Position numbers and translations under genes: made by a program. Of a stretch of 64,000 nucleotides of DNA, positions 1-9,930 are shown in pieces; within the stretch, counting starts at the first letter, position 1, and each line of letters starts with the position of its first letter. This DNA comes from Terriglobia bacterium (GTDB taxonomy: Bacteria; Acidobacteriota; Terriglobia; JAJPHL01; JAPKYU01): NCBI GenBank assembly GCA_965223005.1, contig CBDCVK010000002.1, positions 480,001 through 544,000 on the forward strand, read 5' to 3'. The notes beneath the pieces are model-generated. The model was given only the letters and a program-made list of their open reading frames with translations, was not told where the DNA came from and did no database searches.

Positions 1-2150
1 CGTCCGCCCAGCAACGAAGCCAGTGCACTCACCATGGTGACGCCGGCCGAGGGGCCGTCCTTGGGGATGGCGCCGGCGGGCACGTGGATGTGCAAGTCGT
101 GCTGGTCGAAGAAGTCGGCCGCCACCGGGAAGCGCTCGTAGTGCGAGCGAACCCAACTCAGCGCTGCCTGCATGGATTCCTGCATGACCGGGCCGAGGTG
201 GCCGGTCATGATGAGGCCCTTGTGCCCTCCCTTCATCTTGTTGGCCTCGACGAACAGGATGTCGCCGCCGGCTGGAGTCCAGGCCAAGCCCACGGCGACG
301 CCGGGCAGGGCCGTGCGATCCGCCACTTCGGTTTCCAGGCGTAGCTTGGGCCCGCCCAGGAACTCGCGCACCGCTTCCTGGCCAACGACGAACGGCACCT
401 CGGTGAGGGTGCCCTCGGCCTTGCGCCGCGCTACCTTGCGGCAGATGGTGCCCAGCCCGCGCTCCAGGTTGCGCACGCCAGCTTCGCGCGTGTAAAGGCG
501 GATCACTTGGTGCACCGCCTCCTCGCTGAACTGGATGACCACCGGAGTCGGCTGCGCCTCAGCCTTACCGTCGGCGGGGGCAAGCCCGTTCTCTAGGATC
601 TGCCTGGGGATCAGGTACTGGAAGGCGATCTGCACCTTCTCGTCCTCGGTGTAGCCTGGCAGCTCGATCGTCTCCATGCGGTCGCGCAGCGGATCAGGAA
701 CCGGGTCCAGCACATTGGCAGTCGTAATGAACAGCACCTTGGAGAGGTCGAACGGCACGTCCAGGTAGTTGTCGCGGAACTGGAAATTTTGCTCCGGGTC
801 GAGCACTTCCAGCAGGGCCGAGGCGGGGTCGCCGCGGAAATCGCGCCCGACCTTGTCCACCTCGTCCAGCATGAACACCGGGTCGTTGGTCTCGGCGCGG
901 CGAATGCCCTGGATGATCTGGCCGGGCAGAGCGCCGATGTAGGTGCGGCGGTGACCGCGAATTTCCGCCTCGTCATGGATTCCGCCCAGCGACAGGCGGA
1001 CGAACTTGCGGCCCAGGGCGCGGGCGATGGACCTTCCGAGCGAGGTTTTGCCCACGCCGGGAGGTCCGACGAAGCACAAGATCGGTCCCTTCATCCCGGG
1101 CTTCAGTTGCAGGACGGCCAGGTAATCCAGAATCCGCTCCTTGACCTTCTCCAGGTCGTAGTGGTCGGCATCGAGGATGTTGTGCGCCTTCCGCACGTCC
1201 ACCTGCTCGCCACTGGAGCGAGTCCAGGGGAGGGCCACCAGCCAGTCCAGATAGTTGCGGGTGACGCCGTAATCGGGCGAGGCCGGGTTGAGGCGCATGA
1301 GTCGCTTCAATTCCCGGAGAGCTTCGCGCTGCACCTGCTCGGGCATGGCCAATTGTTCGATCTTCTGCCGCAGCTCTTCCAGCTCGCGCTGCGAGTCGTC
1401 GGCCTCGCCCAGTTCCTTTTGGATGGCCTTGAGCTGCTCGCGCAGGTAAAACTCGCGCTGGGTGGCCGAAAGCTGATCCTGCACCTCAGACTGCAGTTTG
1501 GAGCGGACCTGTTGAACCTCGACCTCCTTGGCCAGGTGGCGGTGGATGGTGTGCAGCCGCGCCGCCGGATCGTCGAGCTCCAGCATCTCCTGGCGCGTGG
1601 CAGAGTTAAGCGAGGGCAGAGAACTGGCGACAAAGTCGGCAAGCCGGCCCGGCTCCTCCAGGCGGGCGACAATGCCCAGCAGGTCGTCGGAAATCGACGG
1701 AGAGGCGGCCACAATCTGCTGAAACAGCGTCACCACGTTGCGCATCAACGCTTCCAGCTCCACCGAAGACTCCGCGTCGCTCTCGGCCAGGCGCGTGAAA
1801 CGGGCCTTCAGAAACGGCTCGCGCTGGGTGTACTCCAGCTGCCTCAGGCGCACGATGCCTTCACAGAGCACAAACAGAGGCTGGTTGGGCATACGCACGA
1901 TCTTGTGCACGGTTGCCAGCGTGCCCACCGTATACAGGTCCTCCGGGCCAGGCGCTTCCACCTGCGGATCCCGCTGAGTGATAACAGCCACCAGCTTGTC
2001 CTCGCCCAGCGAATTCAATAGCGCCACCGAGCTTTCCCGTCCGACGCTGAGGGGCAGCACCGCATGCGGGAACAAGACCGTATCCCGCACCGCAAAAACA
2101 GGAAACTCTGCGGGGAACTCAAGCACGTTCTCATTGCCATTGTGTTCCAT
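1..2150 (-). CDS. lon: ATP-dependent Lon protease (3' end runs off the window start)
   Basis: Not in the ORF track. Manual minus-strand translation from the ATG at 2150 gives a Lon N-domain (AVRDTVLFPHAVLPLSVGR), Walker A LCFVGPPGVGKTS, RGHRRTYIGALPG and the catalytic region HVPAGAIPKDGPSAGVTM. Confidence 0.97.
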   Translation of the reverse strand, partial: MEHNGNENVLEFPAEFPVFAVRDTVLFPHAVLPLSVGRESSVALLNSLGEDKLVAVITQRDPQVEAPGPEDLYTVGTLATVHKIVRMPNQPLFVLCEGIVRLRQLEYTQREPFLKARFTRLAESDAESSVELEALMRNVVTLFQQIVAASPSISDDLLGIVARLEEPGRLADFVASSLPSLNSATRQEMLELDDPAARLHTIHRHLAKEVEVQQVRSKLQSEVQDQLSATQREFYLREQLKAIQKELGEADDSQRELEELRQKIEQLAMPEQVQREALRELKRLMRLNPASPDYGVTRNYLDWLVALPWTRSSGEQVDVRKAHNILDADHYDLEKVKERILDYLAVLQLKPGMKGPILCFVGPPGVGKTSLGRSIARALGRKFVRLSLGGIHDEAEIRGHRRTYIGALPGQIIQGIRRAETNDPVFMLDEVDKVGRDFRGDPASALLEVLDPEQNFQFRDNYLDVPFDLSKVLFITTANVLDPVPDPLRDRMETIELPGYTEDEKVQIAFQYLIPRQILENGLAPADGKAEAQPTPVVIQFSEEAVHQVIRLYTREAGVRNLERGLGTICRKVARRKAEGTLTEVPFVVGQEAVREFLGGPKLRLETEVADRTALPGVAVGLAWTPAGGDILFVEANKMKGGHKGLIMTGHLGPVMQESMQAALSWVRSHYERFPVAADFFDQHDLHIHVPAGAIPKDGPSAGVTMVSALASLLGG

Positions 2151-2305
2151 AGCGTCCTCGTCGGCGGCCCCCGCCCTTAAGGCGCGAGCAGCCCTCCCTC
2201 CGTATTAGATCGGAACCCGGTGGGTAAAGTTTCAACAGGCCGCTGGCCATACAAGCCAGCACTGCCCGAGCGCTCTCGCCCGGGCGTTCCCGGTAGAATA
2301 GTAGT

Positions 2306-3157
2306 ATGCGCTTGGAGATGGCACTGCGGCAAGGACTGCAGTTGCTGGAGGAATCCTCGGTGCCCTCACCGCGGATCGCGGCCGAGGTGCTGCTGATGCA
2401 CGCGCTCGGCTGCGAGCGGGCCCACCTCTATGCCCATCCGGAGCGTGAGCTGAGCGACTCGGAGCGCGTCCATTACGCGCGCTATCTGCGCGAGCGGATG
2501 AGCGGCAACCCCACCCAGTACATCACCGGGCACCAGGAGTTCTGGGGGATGGACTTTCGGGTGAGCCCGGCGGTCATGATCCCGCGGCCGGAGACCGAGC
2601 ACGTGGTGGAACGGATCGTGAAACTGTACCGGGCGATGGAGAGCGAGCGTCCGCCCGTCGTTGTGGATGCTGGCACCGGCTCAGGCTGCATTGCCGTTGC
2701 GGTGGCGGTCGAGCTGCCGCGGGCGCGGGTCGTCGCCACCGACGCGTCAGCAGCAGCCCTGGTTGTGGCCGCCAGCAACGCCTCCCGGCTGGGTGCCCGC
2801 CAGGTGAAGTTTTGCCGCTGCGATTGGCTCGGCGCCATCGGCACCGCTGTGGCTGACTTGGTGATGTCCAACCCGCCCTACATTCGGCTGGACCAGGCGG
2901 AAGCGCTGCAACGCGAGGTCCGCGATTTCGAGCCGCGCCATGCGGTGTTCGCCGGGCCTTTGGGCCTGGAAATCTACGCCACCTTGCTTCCCGAAGCGGC
3001 CCGCGTGCTGCGACCGGGCGGCTGGGCTGTTCTTGAGTTGGGCTATAATATGGCCGATGCCGTCCGCTCGCTACTAAGCGCGGAGTGGGACGAAGTCCAG
3101 TTCGAACAGGATCTGGCTGGAAACCTCCGAGTCATCTCCGCGCGCCGAGCGAGGTGA
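2306..3157 (+). CDS. prmC: Release factor glutamine methyltransferase PrmC/HemK
   Basis: PTQYITG, IPRPETE, DAGTGSGCIA and SNPPY motifs. Confidence 0.95.
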   Translation: MRLEMALRQGLQLLEESSVPSPRIAAEVLLMHALGCERAHLYAHPERELSDSERVHYARYLRERMSGNPTQYITGHQEFWGMDFRVSPAVMIPRPETEHVVERIVKLYRAMESERPPVVVDAGTGSGCIAVAVAVELPRARVVATDASAAALVVAASNASRLGARQVKFCRCDWLGAIGTAVADLVMSNPPYIRLDQAEALQREVRDFEPRHAVFAGPLGLEIYATLLPEAARVLRPGGWAVLELGYNMADAVRSLLSAEWDEVQFEQDLAGNLRVISARRAR

Positions 3158-3160
3158 ACC

Positions 3161-4405
3161 ATGCCAGCCGTAACCGGTTTGTCTCCCCGTACCATTCTCC
3201 ACGTGGACATGGACGCCTTCTTCGTCTCGGTGGAGGAACTGTTCGACCCCAGCCTGAAAGGCAAGGCGGTGGTCGTGGGTGGCGAACTGGTGTGGCGTAA
3301 CGGCCGCTGGACGGCGCCGCGTGGCGTGGTGGCGGCTGCCTCCTACGCCGCGCGCCCCTACGGCATCCATTCGGCAATGCCGCTGGCGCGCGCCTTTCGG
3401 CTCTGTCCGCAGGCGACTTTTCTTCCCGGGCACCCGGAGCGCTACAGGGAGGCTTCCGAGAAGATCCAGCGTATCTTCCAAACCTTCTCGCCGCGGGTGG
3501 AGATGGTCTCCATTGACGAAGCCTACCTGGACTTGAGCGGGAGCGAGCGCCTCTGGGGACCGCCGCTCGAAGCTGCGGCAAAGTTGCACCAGCAGGTGTG
3601 GCGCGAGACCCGGCTCCCTTGCTCGATCGGGGTGGCCACGTCGCGGCTGGTGGCCAAAGTCGCCTCCGAACTGGCGAAGCCCAAGGGGCTGTTGGCGATC
3701 CATCCAGGAAAAGAGGCACGTTTCCTGGCTCCCTTGCCTGTGCGCAAAATTCCCGGTGTCGGCAAGGTGACCGAGAAGCGCTTGCGGCAACTGGGACTGG
3801 CTACCGTGGCCGATGTGGCTCGGGCCGGCGCCGAGTTGCTGGAGGAAGTGTTGGGCAAGCATGGAGCCGCGCTGTTCCGCCAGTCGTCCGGGCAGGATGC
3901 CGGCGGCTGGTTTGAGGGTGAGGTTGGCGAATTGGAAAATGCCAAGTCCGTCGGCCACGAGACGACCTTCTCGGAGGACACCGCCGACCGCGAGCGGCTG
4001 CTGGCAACCATCTCCGAGCTTTCGCAGATGGTTGGCCACCGCCTGCGGGAGAATCACTTCTTCGCCCGGACCGTGACGCTGAAACTGCGCTATTCCGATT
4101 TTCGCACCCTGACCCGGGCGCGCACCCTGCCGCAAGCCACCGACCTGGACGGCGAACTGTTTCGCACCACTTCGGAGCTGTTCCGCGCCGCCTGGAATGG
4201 GCGGCCGGTGCGGCTGCTCGGGGTGCAGGCTAGCGCCTTGGACCATCGCCCGGGGCAAATGAGCTTGCTGGATGCGGATCGGCGGCGGAAATGGGAGCAG
4301 GCGCTGGAAGCAGCCGACCGGGTGCGTGATCGCTTCGGCTTCGACGCTGTCCAGCTTGCCGGCGGCCTGCGGGGCAGGAAGCGCTCCCGCTCAGAATCTC
4401 CGTGA
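3161..4405 (+). CDS. dinB: DNA polymerase IV (Y family)
   Basis: ILHVDMDAFFVSVE, AASYAAR, SIDEAYLD and KPKG motifs; C-terminal GQMSLL clamp-binding-like motif. Confidence 0.96.
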   Translation: MPAVTGLSPRTILHVDMDAFFVSVEELFDPSLKGKAVVVGGELVWRNGRWTAPRGVVAAASYAARPYGIHSAMPLARAFRLCPQATFLPGHPERYREASEKIQRIFQTFSPRVEMVSIDEAYLDLSGSERLWGPPLEAAAKLHQQVWRETRLPCSIGVATSRLVAKVASELAKPKGLLAIHPGKEARFLAPLPVRKIPGVGKVTEKRLRQLGLATVADVARAGAELLEEVLGKHGAALFRQSSGQDAGGWFEGEVGELENAKSVGHETTFSEDTADRERLLATISELSQMVGHRLRENHFFARTVTLKLRYSDFRTLTRARTLPQATDLDGELFRTTSELFRAAWNGRPVRLLGVQASALDHRPGQMSLLDADRRRKWEQALEAADRVRDRFGFDAVQLAGGLRGRKRSRSESP

Positions 4406-5763
4406 TACCTCCGTCTGTGACTCCACCCTTGAGCACGCGTCGCGAACGAGCCGTCGGCGTGGTTCAGCATCTGCGTGAGCAGGGCTATCAGGCCTACTTT
4501 GTCGGCGGCTGTGTGCGCGACCTGTTGCTCGAACGCGAGCCGGCCGACTACGACGTGGCCACCGACGCGACCCCCGAGGTGGTGCTCGGCTTGTTCCCGC
4601 GCACGCTGGCGGTCGGGGCGCAGTTCGGAGTAGTCCTGGTGGTGGAGGACGGCCAGCAGATCGCCGTAGCCACCTTCCGCAACGACGGCCCTTATCCGGA
4701 CGGCCGGCATCCGCAGCAGGTCAGCTATACGCGCGACCCGCGCGAAGACGTGCTGCGGCGCGACTTCACTATCAACGGCCTGCTCTACGATCCGCTGCCT
4801 GCCGCCCCGGCGCCACAGCTGCTGGATTACGTGAGCGGCGAAGCCGACCTGCGCGCCGGCCTCATCCGCACCATCGGCGACCCTGGCGACCGCTTCAGCG
4901 AAGACCGGCTGCGCATGCTGCGCGCCGTCCGCTTTGCCACCCGCTTCGGCTTTCGGATCGAGGACGCCACCTGGGAGGCCGTCTGCGATTCGCATGCGGC
5001 TATTGCGCAGGTGAGCCGGGAGCGTGTCCGCGACGAGTTGCTGAAGATCCTCACCGAGAGCGGTGCCCGCCGTGGCTTCGAGTTGCTGGATGAAAGCGGC
5101 CTGCTGGCCGATCTGCTGCCCGAGGTGACGGCCATGAAGGGGGTCGAGCAGCCGCCGCAGTTCCATCCCGAAGGCGACGTCTGGACGCACACGCTGCTGA
5201 TGCTGGAAAAGCTGGCCAGTCCTTCGCCCACGCTGGCCCTGGGCGTGCTGCTGCACGACGTGGGCAAGCCACCCACTTTCCGGCAGGCTGAGCGCATTCG
5301 CTTCGACAACCACGCACCGGTGGGGGCGCGGATGACCGAGCGCATTTGCGAGCGGCTTCGTCTCTCTCGGCGGGACACCGAACAGGTGGTGGCGCTGGTC
5401 GAACACCACTTGCGGTTCAAGGACGTGACGCAGATGCGGCCTGCAAAGTTGAAGCGCTTTCTCCAGATGGAGCGCTTCGAGGAACACCTGGAGCTGCACC
5501 GGCTGGATTGCCTCAGCAGCCACCGCAACCTGGAAAATTGGGAATTCGTCCGGCAGCAGCTAGCCGAGACGCCCCCGGAGGAAATTCGTCCCCGGCCGCT
5601 GGTCACCGGCGATGACCTGATTGCGTTGGGATATCAGCCGGGGCCGCGCTTCAAGGAAATTCTGCAGGCGATCGAAGACGCCCAACTGGAGGGCGAAGTG
5701 AAGAGCAAGAACGAAGCGCTGACCCTGGCGCGTCGCCAATTCCCGCTCCCCCCGAAGCCCTAG
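4402..5763 (+). CDS. cca: CCA tRNA nucleotidyltransferase with HD domain
   Basis: VGGCVRDLLL, DYDVAT, RRDFTIN, EDRLRMLRAVRF, HPEGDVWTH and LLHDVGKP motifs. Confidence 0.92.
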   Translation: MIPPSVTPPLSTRRERAVGVVQHLREQGYQAYFVGGCVRDLLLEREPADYDVATDATPEVVLGLFPRTLAVGAQFGVVLVVEDGQQIAVATFRNDGPYPDGRHPQQVSYTRDPREDVLRRDFTINGLLYDPLPAAPAPQLLDYVSGEADLRAGLIRTIGDPGDRFSEDRLRMLRAVRFATRFGFRIEDATWEAVCDSHAAIAQVSRERVRDELLKILTESGARRGFELLDESGLLADLLPEVTAMKGVEQPPQFHPEGDVWTHTLLMLEKLASPSPTLALGVLLHDVGKPPTFRQAERIRFDNHAPVGARMTERICERLRLSRRDTEQVVALVEHHLRFKDVTQMRPAKLKRFLQMERFEEHLELHRLDCLSSHRNLENWEFVRQQLAETPPEEIRPRPLVTGDDLIALGYQPGPRFKEILQAIEDAQLEGEVKSKNEALTLARRQFPLPPKP

Positions 5764-5855
5764 CGTCCGCTGCATCCTCGGCGTGAGAACAACTGCAGGG
5801 TCCCTAAGAGAAGCATCCGCAAAGCCTGCTGGGTAGGGGCTGGCGGCCAACGGAA

Positions 5856-6188
5856 CTACATGCTCAGCTTGTCGGCCACGTTGCGCATCTGCACGCCGTG
5901 CACCAGCGAGGAACCGCCGCGGATGGCGGCCGCCACGTGCACGGCCTCGGTCATCTGCTCCAGGTTTGAACCCTTCTCCAGGCAGGTTTGGGTGTAGGAG
6001 TCAATGCAGTAGGGACACTGCACCGTGTGGGCCACCGCCAGGGCGATCAGCGCCTTCTCCCTTTCCGACAGGGCGCCTTCGGCGAATACCGCCCCATACC
6101 ACTGGCTGAATTTGTCCCACAGCTCGCCTGCGTTTTGCCCGATAGAAGGGAACTTGGCCAGGTCGTCCGGATGGTAGTAGGTGTTCAT
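5856..6188 (-). CDS. Small AhpD/carboxymuconolactone decarboxylase-family peroxidase-like protein
   Basis: GALSEREKALIALAVAHTVQCPYCID with a CxxC motif. Confidence 0.88.
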   Translation of the reverse strand: MNTYYHPDDLAKFPSIGQNAGELWDKFSQWYGAVFAEGALSEREKALIALAVAHTVQCPYCIDSYTQTCLEKGSNLEQMTEAVHVAAAIRGGSSLVHGVQMRNVADKLSM

Positions 6189-6355
6189 GGACTCACCCTA
6201 GCATAGTCCTGCAGCAGTTGTACGTGGCGCAGGGCGGGTGCGCTCGCATGCGGAGTTGCCCATGCCCGGCTTACGCCGAGCGCAACCGGTTGGGCCTGTA
6301 GCGTGTCTTAGAGGGAAGGAGTAAGATATTCGTCAGCGAGTGAAGGCGCACCTGG

Positions 6356-7303
6356 ATGGAGATCCTGGATCTGCGGCAAATACGGTCGCGCGACCTGGAA
6401 GCTCTGCTGCAAGAAGAAAGCCGCTTGTGGCACGAGCAACTGCGCTGGGATTACTCGAGTTCGGTCGACCTGGTCCGGCGGTTTCTGGACGCCCGCGCCC
6501 TAACCGGTTACGCGGCGCTGGAGCAGGGCCGCCCTGTCGGCTACGCGTTCTTCGTCTACGAGGACCACAAAGGACTGATCGGCGACCTGTTTGTTTCTCA
6601 CGCGTACAGCGGTGGCACCGAGGGGCAGTTGCTGGACCACGTGATTGAGACCATGCAGCAGACGCCAGGCATTCGCCGGATTGAGGCGCAGCTGTTGGCT
6701 TTCAACGCTGGTGCGCTGGAGCCGACCTTTCGGCGGGAGCATTTCCAGGTGTTTCCGCGCCAATTCATGTTGCTGGAGTTGGACGGGGTGCCGACCCTGG
6801 AACCGCGCCCGCTGGCCGGTGTGGCGCTGATCGACTGGAAGGAACGTCACCTGGCGGGAGCCACCAGCCTGATTGCACGGGCCTATCATGGGCACATCGA
6901 CAGCCAGATTAACGACCAGTACTGCAGCAACGCCGGGGCTGCCCGCTTCCTGAAGAACATCATAAAGTACCCGGGCTGTGGAGCCTTCTATGCACCAGCC
7001 TCGTTTCTGGCTGTCCACCAAGAGGCGGGACAGGTATGCGGCCTGGTCCTGGGCTCGGTGGTGCATCCTGATATTGGCCATATCACCCAGGTCTGCGTGA
7101 CCCCCGAATTTCACGGCGCCGGGATTGGCTTTGAGTTGGTCCGGCGAAGCGCGGAAGTGTTCCGGCGGGCAGGATTCGCCGGCCTCAGCTTAACGGTGAC
7201 CTCGGCCAACCAGCAGGCCCTCCAACTTTACGAACGGATGGGCTTCCAAACTCTGAAGGAGTTCTCCGCCTATGTTTGGAACGCCGGCAGCGCCTATGGC
7301 TGA
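6356..7303 (+). CDS. Tandem GNAT-family N-acetyltransferase
   Basis: VCVTPEFHGAGIG acetyl-CoA motif, NQQALQLYERMGF; length fits two GNAT domains. Confidence 0.85.
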   Translation: MEILDLRQIRSRDLEALLQEESRLWHEQLRWDYSSSVDLVRRFLDARALTGYAALEQGRPVGYAFFVYEDHKGLIGDLFVSHAYSGGTEGQLLDHVIETMQQTPGIRRIEAQLLAFNAGALEPTFRREHFQVFPRQFMLLELDGVPTLEPRPLAGVALIDWKERHLAGATSLIARAYHGHIDSQINDQYCSNAGAARFLKNIIKYPGCGAFYAPASFLAVHQEAGQVCGLVLGSVVHPDIGHITQVCVTPEFHGAGIGFELVRRSAEVFRRAGFAGLSLTVTSANQQALQLYERMGFQTLKEFSAYVWNAGSAYG

Positions 7304-7796
7304 CCCCAACGAACAAAAGGAAGACGGCCAGCAACTGGCACAGGAATACTTCCAGCGCGCCTACGCTCACCAGGTGAAGGGCGAACTGGAAGAAGCCATT
7401 GCGCTGTATAAACGCTCGCTCGAAATTCTGCCCACCGCGGAGGCGCACACCTTCCTGGGGTGGACCTACAGCTTCCAGCGCCGCTACGAAGAAGCGATCC
7501 AGGAGTGCGAGCGCGCCATTGAGGTTGATCCCACCTTCGGCAACCCGTACAACGACATCGGCGCCTATTTAATTGAGCTGAGTCGTTGGGAGGAGGCCCT
7601 GCCCTGGTTCGAGAAGGCGCTGAAGGCGTCCCGTTACGAGAACTATTTCTTCGCACACCTGAATAGCGGGCGCGTGCACGAGCACTTCCATCACTGGCCC
7701 GAGGCGGCCGAGTGCTACCGGCGCGCGCTCGAACAGAATCCCCAGTACCTGCTCGCCCACCAGGCCCTCCGCCGCCTGCAATCGCGATGGAACTAA
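7296..7796 (+). CDS. TPR-repeat protein
   Basis: Repeated TPR helices (AEAHTFLGWTY, GNPYNDIGAYL); ATG at 7296 overlaps the GNAT stop. Confidence 0.88.
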   Translation: MADPNEQKEDGQQLAQEYFQRAYAHQVKGELEEAIALYKRSLEILPTAEAHTFLGWTYSFQRRYEEAIQECERAIEVDPTFGNPYNDIGAYLIELSRWEEALPWFEKALKASRYENYFFAHLNSGRVHEHFHHWPEAAECYRRALEQNPQYLLAHQALRRLQSRWN

Positions 7797-7797
7797 C

Positions 7798-8085
7798 GTG
7801 CCCAACGTCCGCCTGGTAGTCTACTTTCACCTGTTGTGGACCTCAGTGCTGGGGGGCCTGGCGCTGTTGCTCAGCCTGCGCTTTCCCTACCGGGAGACTA
7901 CCCGCTGGTTCCGCCTGACGCTGGCCCTGGTGGTCGCCTGCGCCTTTGCCGTGCTTCCTCTGCTGTGGACCAATAGCTTCTCGCTGATCTGGCTGCCGGC
8001 CTCCGCTTTCGCAGTTGCCACAATCGCTTTCCTGATCTTCAGCGTCCAGGTGATTCGCAGCCATTTCCAGCGCCTGCGCCGCTGA
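7798..8085 (+). CDS. Small integral membrane protein
   Basis: Three hydrophobic segments; starts 1 nt after the TPR gene. Confidence 0.6.
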   Translation: MPNVRLVVYFHLLWTSVLGGLALLLSLRFPYRETTRWFRLTLALVVACAFAVLPLLWTNSFSLIWLPASAFAVATIAFLIFSVQVIRSHFQRLRR

Positions 8086-8216
8086 GCCCTGCTGGCAAAG
8101 CCCCGGTGTGCATATCCTGTTGTAGGGGCGGACCTCCCCAAGGGCCCCACAGTCTGCAGTCCGTGCCCGCTTTCAAACCGCCTGGACGGCAAGGACTCTT
8201 CCCGCTACCTGTTAGA

Positions 8217-8494
8217 ATGAGGGCGATGAAGGGCCGGAGGAAGAAGGTCTTAGCGAGTCTGTTCCTGTTGGTTGTCGTGCCCCTCGCTGCTTGGCGAGCA
8301 CCCTCTTCGCGTAGCCTCCAATGGAGAGCGCACATCTTAACTCTCGAGTTTCAGGGTTTACTCCCGCACATGAAGTGGTCGGACTTGCTTCTCCTGATGA
8401 CGCCTAAGCGACTGGGGCTTCAGCCGCCATTGGGCGAGAGCAAAGCGCACTGGCGAAGAACCTTGTCCAGTTTTGTGGGAAACGCCTATAGGTG
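8217..8494 (+). pseudogene. 5' part of an FkbM-family methyltransferase gene, interrupted by IS256 and also frameshifted
   Basis: Signal/TM-like N-terminus (KKVLASLFLLVVVPLAAW). Removing the IS restores PCPVLWETPIG|VFWGRS in frame with the downstream FkbM domain, but in a different frame from the N-terminus. Confidence 0.65.
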
Positions 8495-9930
8495 GAGAGT
8501 GTCTCACCTTTAGTTGAAAGTCGAGCGGCGGTTCGCTGACCTGGTTCCGTAGAATCGGGTTGGGAAACTTTCTGGAAAGGGGAACCGCCGTGCAGAGAAG
8601 CTACCACATCCTAGGCCGGAGCGATAGCCGAAGCTCCCGCAAACTGGCTGCCTACCTGGCTCGCCACGGGCAGTTTCTGCTGCCCTGGGTGGAGTTGATC
8701 GAACAATCGCGGTTAGCCGTCGACGAGCATCGACGTGGTGGGTAGGGCGGCGATTGAAGCGGTGCTGGAGTTGTCGGCCGCGCAGGTGGCCGGTCCACGC
8801 CGTCAGGGCCGGCGGCGCCGTGGGGTAGGCTGGTATGGGCGCCAGCGGGGACGGGTGCGCCTGAAGGAGAGAAAGTGGCCGTGCACAGGCCACGGCTCCG
8901 GCGGCCAGGCCGGGGAGCGGGGAAAGAAGTTCCCCTCCCGGCCTACGAAGCCATGCAGGAGGGCGAGGGTCTGGGGGCCCGGATGTTGGATATCTTGCTG
9001 CGGGGCGTCTCGACCCGGCAGTACCAGCGGGTGTTGCCGGAGATGGCGGACACCGTGGGTGTGTCGCGCTCCACGGTCAGCCGGGAAACGATGGAGGCTG
9101 CCGCAGCCGAGTTAGAACGTCTGTTGAACCGCCGCTTCGAGGAAGTAGAGTTGCTGATCCTCTACATCGACGGGATGGTGTTTGGCGACCATCACGTGAT
9201 TGCGGCTGTGGGCGTGGATGCGGAAGGGCACAAGCACGTGCTGGGGATTCAGGAGGGGGCTACGGAGAACGCCGCGGCCGTCCAGGACTTGCTGGAAGGT
9301 TTAGTGCGGCGAGGGGTGCAGCCGGCCCAGAAACGGCTGTTTGTGATCGACGGCTCGAAGGCCTTGCGGGCGGCGATCCGCGCCGTGTTCGGGGCCGAGC
9401 AGCCGGTGCAGCGCTGCCGCGCCCACAAGTTGCGCAACGTCCTGGACCGGTTGCCGGAGCCAGAGCGGGACCAGGTGCGGGCGGCGATGCGGGCCGCCTG
9501 GCGGTTGGATCCGAAGACCGGCAGGGCCAAGCTGGAGAAGTTGGCCCAATGGTTGGAGCGAGATTGTCCGGCCGCGGCGGCCAGCTTGCGGGAGGGTCTG
9601 GAGGAATGTTTCACCATCAACCGGCTGGGGCTTCCGGCTTCGCTGCATCGCTGTCTGGCCACCACCAATCTCATCGAGAGTCCGCAGGCGGGAGTGAGGT
9701 TGCGAACTCGCCGGGTGTGCCGCTGGCGGGATGCGGCCATGGTCCAGCGCTGGGTCGCCTCCAGCTTCCTGGCCACGGAGAAAAACTTCCGCCGCCTGAT
9801 GGGGTACCAGGACCTGTGGATGTTGAAAGCGATCCTCGAAGGATCAAAGTCGGCCACTCGACGGGAGGTGGCGTAGTATGATGGCTCCGAACCGCCGCTA
9901 CGAACTTTCAACTGAGTTCAGGACACCCTC
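8495..9930 (+). mobile_element. IS256-family insertion sequence, 1436 bp, with 8-bp target duplication TATAGGTG
   Basis: Left IR GAGAGTGTCTCACCTTTAGTTGAAAGT and right IR (reverse complement) GAGGGTGTCCTGAACTCAGTTGAAAGT; direct repeats at 8487-8494 and 9931-9938. Confidence 0.95.
8590..9876 (+). pseudogene. IS256 (mutator-type DDE) transposase with two frameshifts
   Basis: GVSTR, YIDG, VIDGSKAL, QRCRAHKLRNV and TTNLIES motifs; N-terminus is split across ORFs 8560, 8735 and 8875. Confidence 0.88.

Noticed and set aside
789-2021. 410-aa plus-strand ORF and similar long ORFs (3074-4258, 4090-5523, 24070-25176, 29048-30145, 45890-47101)
   Set aside because: Antisense shadows of well-supported genes, expected in high-GC DNA
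5856-6188. Second selenoprotein candidate
   Set aside because: The motif is CPYC with ordinary Cys codons and there is no in-frame UGA
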